DNA from: an uncultured Pseudomonadota bacterium
GTDB lineage: Bacteria; Pseudomonadota; Alphaproteobacteria; RF32; CAG-239
NCBI GenBank assembly: GCA_949298065.1
Contig: CASFUZ010000003.1
Location: forward strand, 25,291 to 89,290
Direction of reading: 5' to 3'
DNA: 64,000 bases
Every line of letters starts with the position of its first letter. Position 1 is the first letter of the stretch. A program made the position numbers and the translations under genes. Positions 1-9,385 of this stretch are shown piece after piece. The notes below the pieces were generated by a model. The model saw only the letters and a program-made list of their open reading frames with translations, made no database searches and was not told the origin of the DNA.

Positions 1-642
1 ATTTATTATATGCCGCAAGATGACCTCTATTTGTCCGGTACGGCGGAGTTGATTTTGAACTCTCTGCGCGCCGATGAGTTGCTGAATGAGAATGAACTGC
101 CGATTCTCTATGCCGGATTCTCTCCATGTTTCCGCCGCGAGGCCGGTGCGGCAGGTAAGGATACCCGTGGCTTGACCCGTGTGCATCAGTTTATGAAGAC
201 CGAGCAGTTTGTCATTTGCAAAAATGACATTGCCGAAAGTGAAAAATGGCACCAAAAGCTATTGGCCCTTTCGGAAGAAGTTCTGCAAGATTTGGAATTG
301 CCTTATCAGGTTTTGGAGGTTTGCACCGGAGATATGGGCGCGCCGAAATATCGTCAATATGACCTTGAAGCTTGGGTTCCGACCCAGAATTGCTATCGCG
401 AAACCCATAGCTGCTCCAATATTACGGATTGGCAGGCACGCCGCACCAACTTGCGTTATCGTGATAACACGGATGGTAAGGTTAAATATGCCTTCACACT
501 GAACAACACCGGTATTGCTACGCCGCGCGCTTTGGTTCCGTTCTTGGAGAACCATCAGCAGGCAGACGGCACAGTGCGTATTCCCGAAAAACTTCAACCC
601 TACATGGGCGGCAAGAAGTTTATCGGCAAGAACGCACGTTAA
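1..642 (+). CDS. serS: Seryl-tRNA synthetase, C-terminal part (5' end lies outside the window)
   Basis: Class II motifs FRREAGAAGKDTRGLTRVHQF, YDLEAW, ETHSCSN, TLNNTGIATPR; reading frame is open to the window edge. Confidence 0.97.
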   Translation: MYYMPQDDLYLSGTAELILNSLRADELLNENELPILYAGFSPCFRREAGAAGKDTRGLTRVHQFMKTEQFVICKNDIAESEKWHQKLLALSEEVLQDLELPYQVLEVCTGDMGAPKYRQYDLEAWVPTQNCYRETHSCSNITDWQARRTNLRYRDNTDGKVKYAFTLNNTGIATPRALVPFLENHQQADGTVRIPEKLQPYMGGKKFIGKNAR

Positions 643-699
643 AATTTTTAAGAAAGAAATTAAGTCCGGTTTTGCCGGACTTAATTTTTGGAAGAACAA

Positions 700-1329
700 A
701 TGAATAATGCACTGAAAATAATAGAATTTATGAAAATCGCCGAGCAACTTTGCTTGGTTGAAAGAGATAATCTGATGAGCTCCGGCCGACAGGAAACCGA
801 TGCCGACCATATCTTCAAGCTGGCTTTTTTGGTGCTGATGGTTCAGCCTTATTTGAAGCATCCGGCAGATTATGGCAAAATGTTGGAGCTGGCGCTGGTG
901 CATGATTTGGTTGAGGCGCGTTCGGGAGATTATTCTCTTTCCGCACAAATGGCAGACCCGAGCTTAAGAGCCCAAAAGAAAGCAAAAGAGCGGGAGGCCG
1001 CTTTGTATTATCAAGAGGTTTTGCCCCCGCCCTTGAATGATAAGATATATGACCTATTTATGGAATATGAAACCAGACAAACCCGCGAAGCTAAGCTTGT
1101 TTGGGCCTTAGACAAGTTGGAAGCCAATCTGCAAGCCAACCGCTTTCATGACGGCGATGTTCGCTATTGGGCCGAATGTGAGAACGGCAATATTTATTAT
1201 CAAATGGCCGTAACCAAAAAACCGCAGATTAAAGATTTGGATGAAGAAATCATCTCCGAGCTGGAAGAAGCAATCATTAAACTATCAGAGGAAAACATCA
1301 AAAAATGCAACATCAGCCTTTGCCGATAG
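700..1329 (+). CDS. HD-domain phosphohydrolase (YfbR/HDDC2-like)
   Basis: ETDADH...LVHDLVEA...ALDKLE pattern; ATG at 700. Confidence 0.85.
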   Translation: MNNALKIIEFMKIAEQLCLVERDNLMSSGRQETDADHIFKLAFLVLMVQPYLKHPADYGKMLELALVHDLVEARSGDYSLSAQMADPSLRAQKKAKEREAALYYQEVLPPPLNDKIYDLFMEYETRQTREAKLVWALDKLEANLQANRFHDGDVRYWAECENGNIYYQMAVTKKPQIKDLDEEIISELEEAIIKLSEENIKKCNISLCR

Positions 1330-1979
1330 ATAAAGTAAAATTAGTTATTTTTGACTGGGACAATACCCTGGCGGAAACGCGCACATCGTTGACCTTTGCC
1401 GTTAATCAGATTCTCAAAGACTATGGTATGCCCGACTGGGAAGAGGTCAAAAAGCAAAGAGATACAAACTTGTCCTTTAGGGATAATTTTCCGCGTATTT
1501 TTGGAAGCAAAGCTGAAGAGGCATATAAAAAATATGCAGAAGTTTATTTACAGAACGTCAAAAACTTAATCAGCAGTTTTAAGGGAACGCAAGAGGTTTT
1601 GAACTGGCTGAAAGCTCATGGGATAAAAATCGCCATAATGACCAACAAGGACCGCCGCTTGCTGGAATATGAACTGCCTTTGTTGTTTGAGCCCAAGCTT
1701 TTTGACCGTATTGTTTGCGGACATGAGGCTCCGCGGGATAAACCTTATCCCGACCATGCGCAATATACGATTCACGGCCTTTTGCCGGAAGAAGTAGTTT
1801 CGCCCGAAACGGTTTGGGTGGTGGGCGACAGCCCGCAAGACAGTATCTGTGCTTGCGGTGCAGGAGTTTTGCCGATTCGCATCGGCCACCCGATATGGGG
1901 AGATGAAGAAAAATATGCAAAAAACATCATTCACTATAACTCTTTTGAGGATTTTTATGCTGATTTGAACAAGAAGTAA
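1305..1979 (+). CDS. HAD-family hydrolase (phosphoglycolate phosphatase-like)
   Basis: DWDNTL motif I, TNK motif II, KP..VGDS..D motifs III/IV. Confidence 0.9.
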   Translation: MQHQPLPIDKVKLVIFDWDNTLAETRTSLTFAVNQILKDYGMPDWEEVKKQRDTNLSFRDNFPRIFGSKAEEAYKKYAEVYLQNVKNLISSFKGTQEVLNWLKAHGIKIAIMTNKDRRLLEYELPLLFEPKLFDRIVCGHEAPRDKPYPDHAQYTIHGLLPEEVVSPETVWVVGDSPQDSICACGAGVLPIRIGHPIWGDEEKYAKNIIHYNSFEDFYADLNKK

Positions 1980-2056
1980 GGCAAGGTTAGCAAAATTTTA
2001 AGCAGATTGCTTGTAGATTTGAGGCAAGAAATTTCAACAGATTTGAGGACTGCAAT

Positions 2057-3634
2057 ATGAGCATAAACGAAGATCCGGACAACAACAACCAACGCATAGC
2101 CAACTATGTTATCATTGGCATTTTGGTCGTTGCTTTTTTGGGGCTGAATTGGTGGAGCCTCCGTACTTATCTTTCCTCAAATTCTAAGACAATCAATAAT
2201 TTTCAAATTTCGGAGGATGAGATGCCCAACACCAGAGAACCGGCCGTTGCCGGAATATTCTATGCCTCGGAGCTAAAGCAGTTGGATAAAGAGGTTGAGC
2301 ATTATTTAGCGGCAGAGTATCGCCCCGGAACGGCTCGCCCCGAGATTTTGATTGTGCCGCACGCCGGCTATGTTTACTCCGCGCCTGTTGCCGCGCAGGC
2401 TTATCTGCAACTCCAAAACTATGCGGATAACATTAAAAATGTGATTCTGGTCGGACCTTCACACCGCGTGGCTTTTAACGGAATTGCCGCCCCGCAAGCA
2501 GATGAGTTCAAAACACCTTTAGGCAATGTAAAAGTTAATCAAAAAATGTTGGCGCAAATGGTTGAAAAAAATCCGGATGTTCGTTTTTTTGATGCTGCGC
2601 ATAAACAAGAACATAGCTTAGAAGTGCAGTTGCCTTTTTTGCAAAAGGTCTTAAACAAGTTTCAGATTGTGCCGCTGGTTTACGGCAATGTTGCACCGGA
2701 GGCTTTGGCAAAGGTGCTTGAACCTTATGTAACCGACAAAAATACGGTTATCATCATTTCGGCGGATTTATCTCACTATTTTGACTACGAAACCGCTCGC
2801 GGAATGGATGAAAAAACCGCAGAGCTGATTGAACAGAACCGCCCCGAACTGGAAAATCATATGTCTTGCGGCGCAACGGGTATCAATGCCGTTTTGCTTT
2901 TAGCTCAGAGCAAACATTTGCGTCCCGAAACTTTGGAGCTGGCTAACTCCGGAGATACGGCGGGAGACAAAGATAGCGTAGTCGGCTATGGGGCTTGGGC
3001 TTTTATGGAAGAGCAAAAAGTGAAGCCGGAACCTAAAGACAGATTAGATGTTGAGCTGCAAAACCTGCAAGATTTTGCCAAATTCTATGGCAAAGATTTA
3101 TACAAGATAGCCAAGCAAGCTTTGAGTGAGGCTGTGGAGCACAACAAAAGATTTAAGCCCTCAAGGAGCGATTGGCCGGACAGAGTTTTTGACAAAGGCG
3201 CAGCTTTTGTAACACTGACAATAAACGGCAAGCTCCGCGGTTGTATCGGCACGGTTGTTCCGCATCAGGCGGTTGGGTTAGATGTTGCGGACAATGCTTA
3301 TGATGCGGCCATGAGTGATACGCGTTTTACGCCCGTCAAGCCGGAAGAGTTAGAGCAAATTTCCATCAGCATTTCGTTGTTAACAGACTATGACGCGGTC
3401 AATTTTTCAAGCGAAGAAGACTTACTTTCTAAAATCCGCCCCGGAATTGACGGTTTGATAATAAGAGACGGCGACAGACAAGGGCTGTTTTTGCCCTCGG
3501 TCTGGGAGCAACTCCCCGATAAAAAAGAGTTTTTGAACAATTTGAAAATAAAAGCAGGCCTAAGTCCGAGCTATTGGTCGGACAATATCAAGGTCTATCG
3601 TTTTAGAACGCTGGAGATAAAGAATGAAAATTAA
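2057..3634 (+). CDS. Membrane-anchored fusion of AmmeMemoRadiSam protein B (MEMO1) and protein A (AMMECR1)
   Basis: N-terminal TM helix; REPAVAGIFY, PHAGYVYS, EHSLEVQLPFLQ, SADLSHY, GDTAGDKDSVVGY (MEMO1); GAAFVTL..LRGCIG, DTRF, GLFLPSVWEQLPD (AMMECR1). Confidence 0.92.
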   Translation: MSINEDPDNNNQRIANYVIIGILVVAFLGLNWWSLRTYLSSNSKTINNFQISEDEMPNTREPAVAGIFYASELKQLDKEVEHYLAAEYRPGTARPEILIVPHAGYVYSAPVAAQAYLQLQNYADNIKNVILVGPSHRVAFNGIAAPQADEFKTPLGNVKVNQKMLAQMVEKNPDVRFFDAAHKQEHSLEVQLPFLQKVLNKFQIVPLVYGNVAPEALAKVLEPYVTDKNTVIIISADLSHYFDYETARGMDEKTAELIEQNRPELENHMSCGATGINAVLLLAQSKHLRPETLELANSGDTAGDKDSVVGYGAWAFMEEQKVKPEPKDRLDVELQNLQDFAKFYGKDLYKIAKQALSEAVEHNKRFKPSRSDWPDRVFDKGAAFVTLTINGKLRGCIGTVVPHQAVGLDVADNAYDAAMSDTRFTPVKPEELEQISISISLLTDYDAVNFSSEEDLLSKIRPGIDGLIIRDGDRQGLFLPSVWEQLPDKKEFLNNLKIKAGLSPSYWSDNIKVYRFRTLEIKNEN

Positions 3635-5336
3635 CGGATATGAACTCAACGTCAGTGAAGAATTTTTGGATGATATCTTTGCCAACAAAACCAGAGAAGT
3701 AAAGCTGGTTGACAAGAATTTTGCCGGATATCAGGCTTTGACCGAAGGCAACAAAAAAGCATTGGAACATTTGGTTGCCGCCGCCAAAATTTTTGATGAC
3801 GTGGCGATGGAGCAAGACCACGAGATGAACCTCCCGATGAAAAAAGCCTTGGAAGAAGCCGCCCAAACCAGCACGCATGCGGCCAAGGCCTTAAAGCTGT
3901 TTATGTCTTTTCACGGTGTTGAGGGACACAACGGCATAGACTTGGAGCCGATTGAGATTTTTAAGGGAATAAAGGGAACAAAAGGGCGCAATTTTTATCC
4001 CGCGGATTTAGACGTTGCAGAATTTCATCAAATCATTGCCCGAATGATAAATGAGGGTAAGATTGACGAGGTCAAAAAGATTTTGAGCGTGCGCACCATG
4101 GTTCGGCGCGATGGTAAGGACTTGAAGGCCATAGATTATACCGAATATTTTGCCGATGCCTTTTCCAAGGCTGCCAATGAGTTGGAAGTCGCCGCACATT
4201 ATACCACGGACGAAGATTTTAAGGATTACTTGGGCTGGCAGGCACAGGCTTTGCTGCAAAACAACGAAGATATGGATATGTTGGCAGATAAGCACTGGGC
4301 GGTTTTGCAAAACAACAACCAGCTTGAGTTCACCTTAGGACGTGAAAGCTATGACGATGAACTGACCGCTACCATTTATGACAACAAGGAGCTGATGGAG
4401 CTTATCAATCAGCACAATATTGAGGTCAACCCGAAAGATATGTTGGGCGTGCGCGTCGGTATCATCAACAAAGAGGGAACGGAACTGATTTTGAAGTTTA
4501 AGGAGCATATGCCGGAGCTAGCCAAATTGATGCCTTTTGCCACGAGTTACCACCAGAGCATATCCGATGGCGAGGAACTGAAACAAACAATGGTAGATGT
4601 GGACTTGGTTGCCTTGACCGGAGATTATGCACAATGCCGCGGAGCAATCACTACGGCGCAAAACTTGCCGAATAATGACAAATTGGCAATTAAGACCGGC
4701 GGCGGCCGCCGCAATGCTTATCATCGTCAGGTTCGCCAGTCCATAGATAAGGAGCGGAATAAGAAGCTGCTGGATAAACTGGTTGCGCCTGAGCTGCACA
4801 AATATTTTGACTTGGAAGCAGACCATCTCTTTGTCATCGGACACGAAAACGGCCACTCTTTAGGTCCGGATAATGACTATCAGCGCGCTTTGGGCATTCA
4901 TCGCAGCACGGTAGAGGAAGAAAAAGCCGATACGGTTTCAATCGCCTTTATGCCGGAATATGTCAAAGCCGGCGTGATTGATGAGGAAACGCTGAAGAAA
5001 ATATATACGACTTGGGTTGTTTATCGGCTGTTCTTAAAAGCTCAACCTTTGGAGGCGCACCGCGTCGGCGAGCTGATTCACTTTAACTTTATGCATGACA
5101 ATGGCGCTTTTTACTTTGATGAGAACCATAAGCTGCATATCAATTTTGAGAAGTTTCATGATGTGGTTTATGCGATGTTAGAAGAAACCATAGCCGTCCA
5201 GCTTTCCAAATCTTCGCAAAAAGCCAAAGAGTTTATTGACCGTTACACAACTTGGGGCAAAGATTCTCAGCACATTGCCGAGGTTCAGAAAGAACTTGGT
5301 GTAAAGAATTACATCGTAATTAAGGACTTTTTCTAA
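3624..5336 (+). CDS. Peptidase family M49 (dipeptidyl peptidase III-like)
   Basis: AQNLPN, HENGHSLGP zinc motif, EEEKAD second motif. Confidence 0.8.
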   Translation: MKINGYELNVSEEFLDDIFANKTREVKLVDKNFAGYQALTEGNKKALEHLVAAAKIFDDVAMEQDHEMNLPMKKALEEAAQTSTHAAKALKLFMSFHGVEGHNGIDLEPIEIFKGIKGTKGRNFYPADLDVAEFHQIIARMINEGKIDEVKKILSVRTMVRRDGKDLKAIDYTEYFADAFSKAANELEVAAHYTTDEDFKDYLGWQAQALLQNNEDMDMLADKHWAVLQNNNQLEFTLGRESYDDELTATIYDNKELMELINQHNIEVNPKDMLGVRVGIINKEGTELILKFKEHMPELAKLMPFATSYHQSISDGEELKQTMVDVDLVALTGDYAQCRGAITTAQNLPNNDKLAIKTGGGRRNAYHRQVRQSIDKERNKKLLDKLVAPELHKYFDLEADHLFVIGHENGHSLGPDNDYQRALGIHRSTVEEEKADTVSIAFMPEYVKAGVIDEETLKKIYTTWVVYRLFLKAQPLEAHRVGELIHFNFMHDNGAFYFDENHKLHINFEKFHDVVYAMLEETIAVQLSKSSQKAKEFIDRYTTWGKDSQHIAEVQKELGVKNYIVIKDFF

Positions 5337-5337
5337 A

Positions 5338-6720
5338 ATGTATTACAGCTTTTTTGAGATTTTTTCTATCGGTGTCGGTCCGTCAAGCTCACACACGGTC
5401 GGGCCGATGCGTGCGGCCAAGCGCTATATAGACAATCTGCATCAAAAGGAACTATTTAATAAGGTTGAGAGGGTAGAGGCTGTTCTTTACGGCTCTCTAG
5501 CCTTAACCGGTTTCGGACACGGCACGGTCAAAGCGATTGTGTATGGCTTGATGGGCTTGGAGGCGGAAGCGATAGACCCGGAAAAACCTTATGTTGCAGC
5601 TGTTGAACGCGATAAAATCTTACACTTGGGGCAAGAGAGAGCCATAGCTTTTGATATCAATAAAGATGTCATTTTTGAAAAAGAAACCTTTTTGCCGGAA
5701 CATTCTAACGGTATGCGCTTCAAAAGCTATGATAGAGATGGCAATATTTTGTTGGAGGAAGTTTATTTTTCGGTCGGCGGCGGCACAATCGCTCGTCAGG
5801 ACGAGATTGCGCGGCGCGTAGAAAGACAACCCTATAATGTTCCCTATGATTACAGTTCGGCAGAAGAGCTTTTGGCAATTTGCGAAAAAGAAAATCTTTC
5901 CATTGCCGATGTCGTGATGATAAATGAGTCTGCTTTGCGCTCGCATGATGAAGTTATGGCAGGCATCGCCAAAATCCGCCGTGTTATGCAAAACTCCATA
6001 GACAGAGGGATGAAAGCAAAAGGAACACTCCCCGGCGGCTTAAACATTCCGCGGCGCGCTCATGAGATATACGAGCGTTTGGAACAAAAATTCCGCGATA
6101 ACGATTATGATCCCTTGTTGATGGTTGATTGGATAAATCTGTGGGGCTTTGCCGTAGCGGAAGAAAACGCCACCGGCGGACAAATCGTAACCGCCCCAAC
6201 AATGGGTTCGGCAGGTATAATGCCTGCGGTTTTGCGCTATTTTGAGCGCTTTGCCTCACATAAATCTAACAATGATGTAGAAACAGGGGTTGTCAAATAT
6301 TTGCTGACAGCTTCGGGCATTTGTAGTTTGTATCGCTCCAATGCATCCATATCCGGAGCAGAGGTTGGCTGCCAAGGAGAGGTTGGCGTTGCTTGCTCAA
6401 TGGCTGCGGCAGGTTTGGTTGCGGCAATGGGCGGAAGTTATAAGCAAGTTGAAAATGCCGCGGAGATTGCGATGGAACACAACCTTGGTCTAACCTGCGA
6501 CCCGATTGGCGGCTTGGTCCAGATACCTTGTATTGAACGCAATGCGATGGGTGCAGTTAAGGCGGTTAATTCTGCCCGCATAGCTATGAAGGGGGATGGC
6601 ACACACTATGTACCCTTAGATGATGTCATTAAAACCATGCTGGACACCGGTCGTGATATGAACAACAAGTATAAAGAAACCTCATTAGGCGGCTTGGCTG
6701 TAAATGTTCCAAACTGCTAA
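5338..6720 (+). CDS. sdaA: L-serine dehydratase (Fe-S, single chain)
   Basis: IGVGPSSSHTVGPM, SISGAEVGCQGEVG, LGLTCDPIGGLVQIPCIERN. Confidence 0.97.
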   Translation: MYYSFFEIFSIGVGPSSSHTVGPMRAAKRYIDNLHQKELFNKVERVEAVLYGSLALTGFGHGTVKAIVYGLMGLEAEAIDPEKPYVAAVERDKILHLGQERAIAFDINKDVIFEKETFLPEHSNGMRFKSYDRDGNILLEEVYFSVGGGTIARQDEIARRVERQPYNVPYDYSSAEELLAICEKENLSIADVVMINESALRSHDEVMAGIAKIRRVMQNSIDRGMKAKGTLPGGLNIPRRAHEIYERLEQKFRDNDYDPLLMVDWINLWGFAVAEENATGGQIVTAPTMGSAGIMPAVLRYFERFASHKSNNDVETGVVKYLLTASGICSLYRSNASISGAEVGCQGEVGVACSMAAAGLVAAMGGSYKQVENAAEIAMEHNLGLTCDPIGGLVQIPCIERNAMGAVKAVNSARIAMKGDGTHYVPLDDVIKTMLDTGRDMNNKYKETSLGGLAVNVPNC

Positions 6721-6806
6721 GGCAGAAAAACTTGCAGAATTTTCTTGCTAAACTTGGGATTTTGGCTTTTAATCAAAAGCAAGATAAGTAAGCGGAGTTC
6801 TGAGAG

Positions 6807-7175
6807 ATGATAAAAAAGTTGCTTGACGGCGAGATAGACTTAAAAGACACCTTCTGGAAATTTGGTGTTGTTGGCCTGATTTTTATGAATATGTTAGTTC
6901 GTATTTTTGGATCTATGTTGGCACAAAAACTCAACGGTCTAACTCTTCTGAATTATTACAGTACCTACTTTAATCCATTGAAGATGGATAGTGGAATGGT
7001 TCTTTGGACGGTCGTTTACCTTGTAACCATAGGTATTATGCTTTTTTACTGTGTTGTTTTGATTTTAGGGACCTGGCGTTCTTCGGCACAATATGACAGG
7101 AGTATCTGGCTACGCCATGTTGCAAGGTTCCTGATTGTAATTATGGTGTTCTACTCTGTTCGTTCAATATTTTAA
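6807..7175 (+). CDS. Hypothetical membrane protein (about 3 TM)
   Basis: Hydrophobic segments; RBS GGAG upstream. Confidence 0.7.
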   Translation: MIKKLLDGEIDLKDTFWKFGVVGLIFMNMLVRIFGSMLAQKLNGLTLLNYYSTYFNPLKMDSGMVLWTVVYLVTIGIMLFYCVVLILGTWRSSAQYDRSIWLRHVARFLIVIMVFYSVRSIF

Positions 7176-7186
7176 GGATTTGTCTG

Positions 7187-7342
7187 ATGAAAAAATTATT
7201 GCTGTTGGTTTGTTTCTTTTTTCTGTTTGGTTGTACAATAGGAGAGTTTCCTGAAAACCGCAACCGCTTACATGAAATGGGAAGAGATTCAAGCGTCTGT
7301 GAACAGCATCCTGACCGTTGTGTCAATGGCGTTCCATGGTAG
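7187..7342 (+). CDS. Small lipoprotein, 51 aa (MKKLLLLVCFFFLFGC TIGEFPENRNRLHEMGRDSSVCEQHPDRCVNGVPW)
   Basis: Manual translation; AAGGA RBS, signal peptide with LFGC lipobox; below the ORF-track cutoff. Confidence 0.75.
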   Translation: MKKLLLLVCFFFLFGCTIGEFPENRNRLHEMGRDSSVCEQHPDRCVNGVPW

Positions 7343-7379
7343 TTCTCATTCAGAACATAATATAAGCTTCAATACCAAA

Positions 7380-7410
7380 TAAAAAGCCCTGCCAAACAGC
7401 AGGGCTTTTC
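7380..7410. terminator. Bidirectional intrinsic terminator
   Basis: aaaaagccctg/cagggctttt inverted repeat between convergent genes. Confidence 0.75.
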
Positions 7411-7429
7411 TAAAAGAATAATCAGTTGC

Positions 7430-9361
7430 TTACTCGTGCTTGTGCGGCATCTCGGCTTCTTTAACCAAAGCAGCAATAAAGTCATCAAGCTTAACTGTTT
7501 CTTGTTTTTCAGAACCAAGACGGCGAACCGTAACCGTACCGTTTTCTTTTTCCTTAGCACCGACAACGGCAATAACCGGAATCTTGGCAACGGAATGCTC
7601 ACGAATTTTGTAATTAATCTTTTCGTTGCGCAAATCTGTTTTAGCGTACAAGCCCGCTTCCTGAAGTTTCTTGGCAACTTCCTCTGCATAATCGTCAATT
7701 TCGCTGACAATCGGGCAAACCACAACTTGTTCCGGCGACAACCACAAAGGCAGCTTGCCTGCGTGGTTTTCAATCAAGATACCCAAGAAACGCTCAATAG
7801 ACCCAAACAATGCGCGGTGCAACATAACCGGTTGATGCTTTTCACCATCTTCGCCAATGTAGGAGATGTCAAAGCGTTGCGGCAAGTTCATATCCATTTG
7901 TACCGTACCGCATTGCCACTCACGACCAATAGCATCACGCAAAATAAATTCCAGCTTAGGACCATAGAAAGCACCTTCACCTTCATTAATTTCATATTTA
8001 TAACCATTATGTTCCAAAGCGTTAGCCAAAGCCTTTTCGGAGATATCCCAAATCTCGTCAGAACCGATACGATAAATGCTGTCCGGACGAGTAGAAAGAT
8101 AAATCTTAACATCTTCAAAACCAAAGTCTTTATAGATGTCCAAAATCAACTTAATGGTCTTAACGCATTCCTCTTCCATTTGCTCTGGTGTGCAGAAGAT
8201 ATGCGCATCATCTTGCGTAAACTCACGCACACGCATCAAGCCCATCAAAGAACCCGATGCCTCATAGCGGTTAACCATACCAAACTCAGCTACGCGCAAT
8301 GGCAAATCGCGATAAGATTTAATACCTTGCTTGTAAACCAACAAACCTCCAGGGCAATTCATTGGCTTAACGCAAAATTGCTTCTCATCTTCGGTCTTGC
8401 CGGAATAGTTATGCGCGCCATATTTATCCCAGTGTCCGGAAATCTCCCACAAAACACGATCCATAATACGCGGAGTAGCAATCTCAATATAGCCGTTGTG
8501 TTCTTGGCGGTTACGCATATATTCAATCAATTTGCGATAGATTTTGTAACCTTTATCATGCCAGAAAACGGCACCGGGAGCATATTCCGGCTCAAAATGG
8601 AATAAATCCATCTCTTTGCCGAGCTTGCGGTGGTCGCGTTTTTCTGCTTCTTCCAACATTTCCAAATAAGCTTTGAGGTCTTTTTTATCAGCCCAAGCCG
8701 TTGCATAAATACGCTGCAACATTTCTTTGGTGGAATCTCCGCGCCAATAAGCACCGGCAACTTTCATCAATTTGAAAGCATCACCGATTTTGCCGGTAGA
8801 AGGCACATGCGGACCGCGGCAAAGATCGGTAAATGAACCTTGGCGGTACAAAGAAATTGTTTCATCTTCCGGCAGGTCTTCAATAATCTCAGCCTTATAA
8901 AATTCACCGTTGTTTTTGAAGAATTTAATGGCCTCATTGCGCGGCATAACAATACGCTCCAATTTTTCATCGCGCTTAACAATCTCGTGCATTTTGGCTT
9001 CAATTTTTTCAAAATCCTCGGTTGTAAAGGGTTCTTTGCGTGCAAAGTCATAATAAAAACCGTTCTCAATAGCGGGACCGATTGTAACCTGAACATCCGG
9101 CCAAAGTTCTTTAACGGCTTGAGCCATAACATGCGAGCAAGAGTGACGCAAGATGTGTAAGCCTTCCTTATCCTTGCCGGTGATAATAGTCACGGTTGCG
9201 TCGGTAGTGATGGGAGTGCTTAAATCTTGTGTTTTGCCGTTCACGGTGATAGCTAAAGCCGCCTTGGCCAAATTGGGACTAATCTTATTTGCAATGTCAA
9301 AACCGTTGACACCGCTTTCCATCTCTAAAATACTACCATCAGGTAATTTTATCGCAACCAT
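7430..9361 (-). CDS. thrS: Threonyl-tRNA synthetase
   Basis: TGS domain, RHSCSHVMAQA, DLCRGPH, KPMNCP, GEGAFYGPK. Confidence 0.98.
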   Translation of the reverse strand: MVAIKLPDGSILEMESGVNGFDIANKISPNLAKAALAITVNGKTQDLSTPITTDATVTIITGKDKEGLHILRHSCSHVMAQAVKELWPDVQVTIGPAIENGFYYDFARKEPFTTEDFEKIEAKMHEIVKRDEKLERIVMPRNEAIKFFKNNGEFYKAEIIEDLPEDETISLYRQGSFTDLCRGPHVPSTGKIGDAFKLMKVAGAYWRGDSTKEMLQRIYATAWADKKDLKAYLEMLEEAEKRDHRKLGKEMDLFHFEPEYAPGAVFWHDKGYKIYRKLIEYMRNRQEHNGYIEIATPRIMDRVLWEISGHWDKYGAHNYSGKTEDEKQFCVKPMNCPGGLLVYKQGIKSYRDLPLRVAEFGMVNRYEASGSLMGLMRVREFTQDDAHIFCTPEQMEEECVKTIKLILDIYKDFGFEDVKIYLSTRPDSIYRIGSDEIWDISEKALANALEHNGYKYEINEGEGAFYGPKLEFILRDAIGREWQCGTVQMDMNLPQRFDISYIGEDGEKHQPVMLHRALFGSIERFLGILIENHAGKLPLWLSPEQVVVCPIVSEIDDYAEEVAKKLQEAGLYAKTDLRNEKINYKIREHSVAKIPVIAVVGAKEKENGTVTVRRLGSEKQETVKLDDFIAALVKEAEMPHKHE

Positions 9362-9385
9362 TTTAAAATTTTCCTTTTACTTAAA

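Noticed and set aside
259-948. 229-aa minus ORF
   Set aside because: Antisense to serS and the HD gene; no motifs
7436-8605. 389-aa plus-strand ORF
   Set aside because: Antisense shadow of thrS
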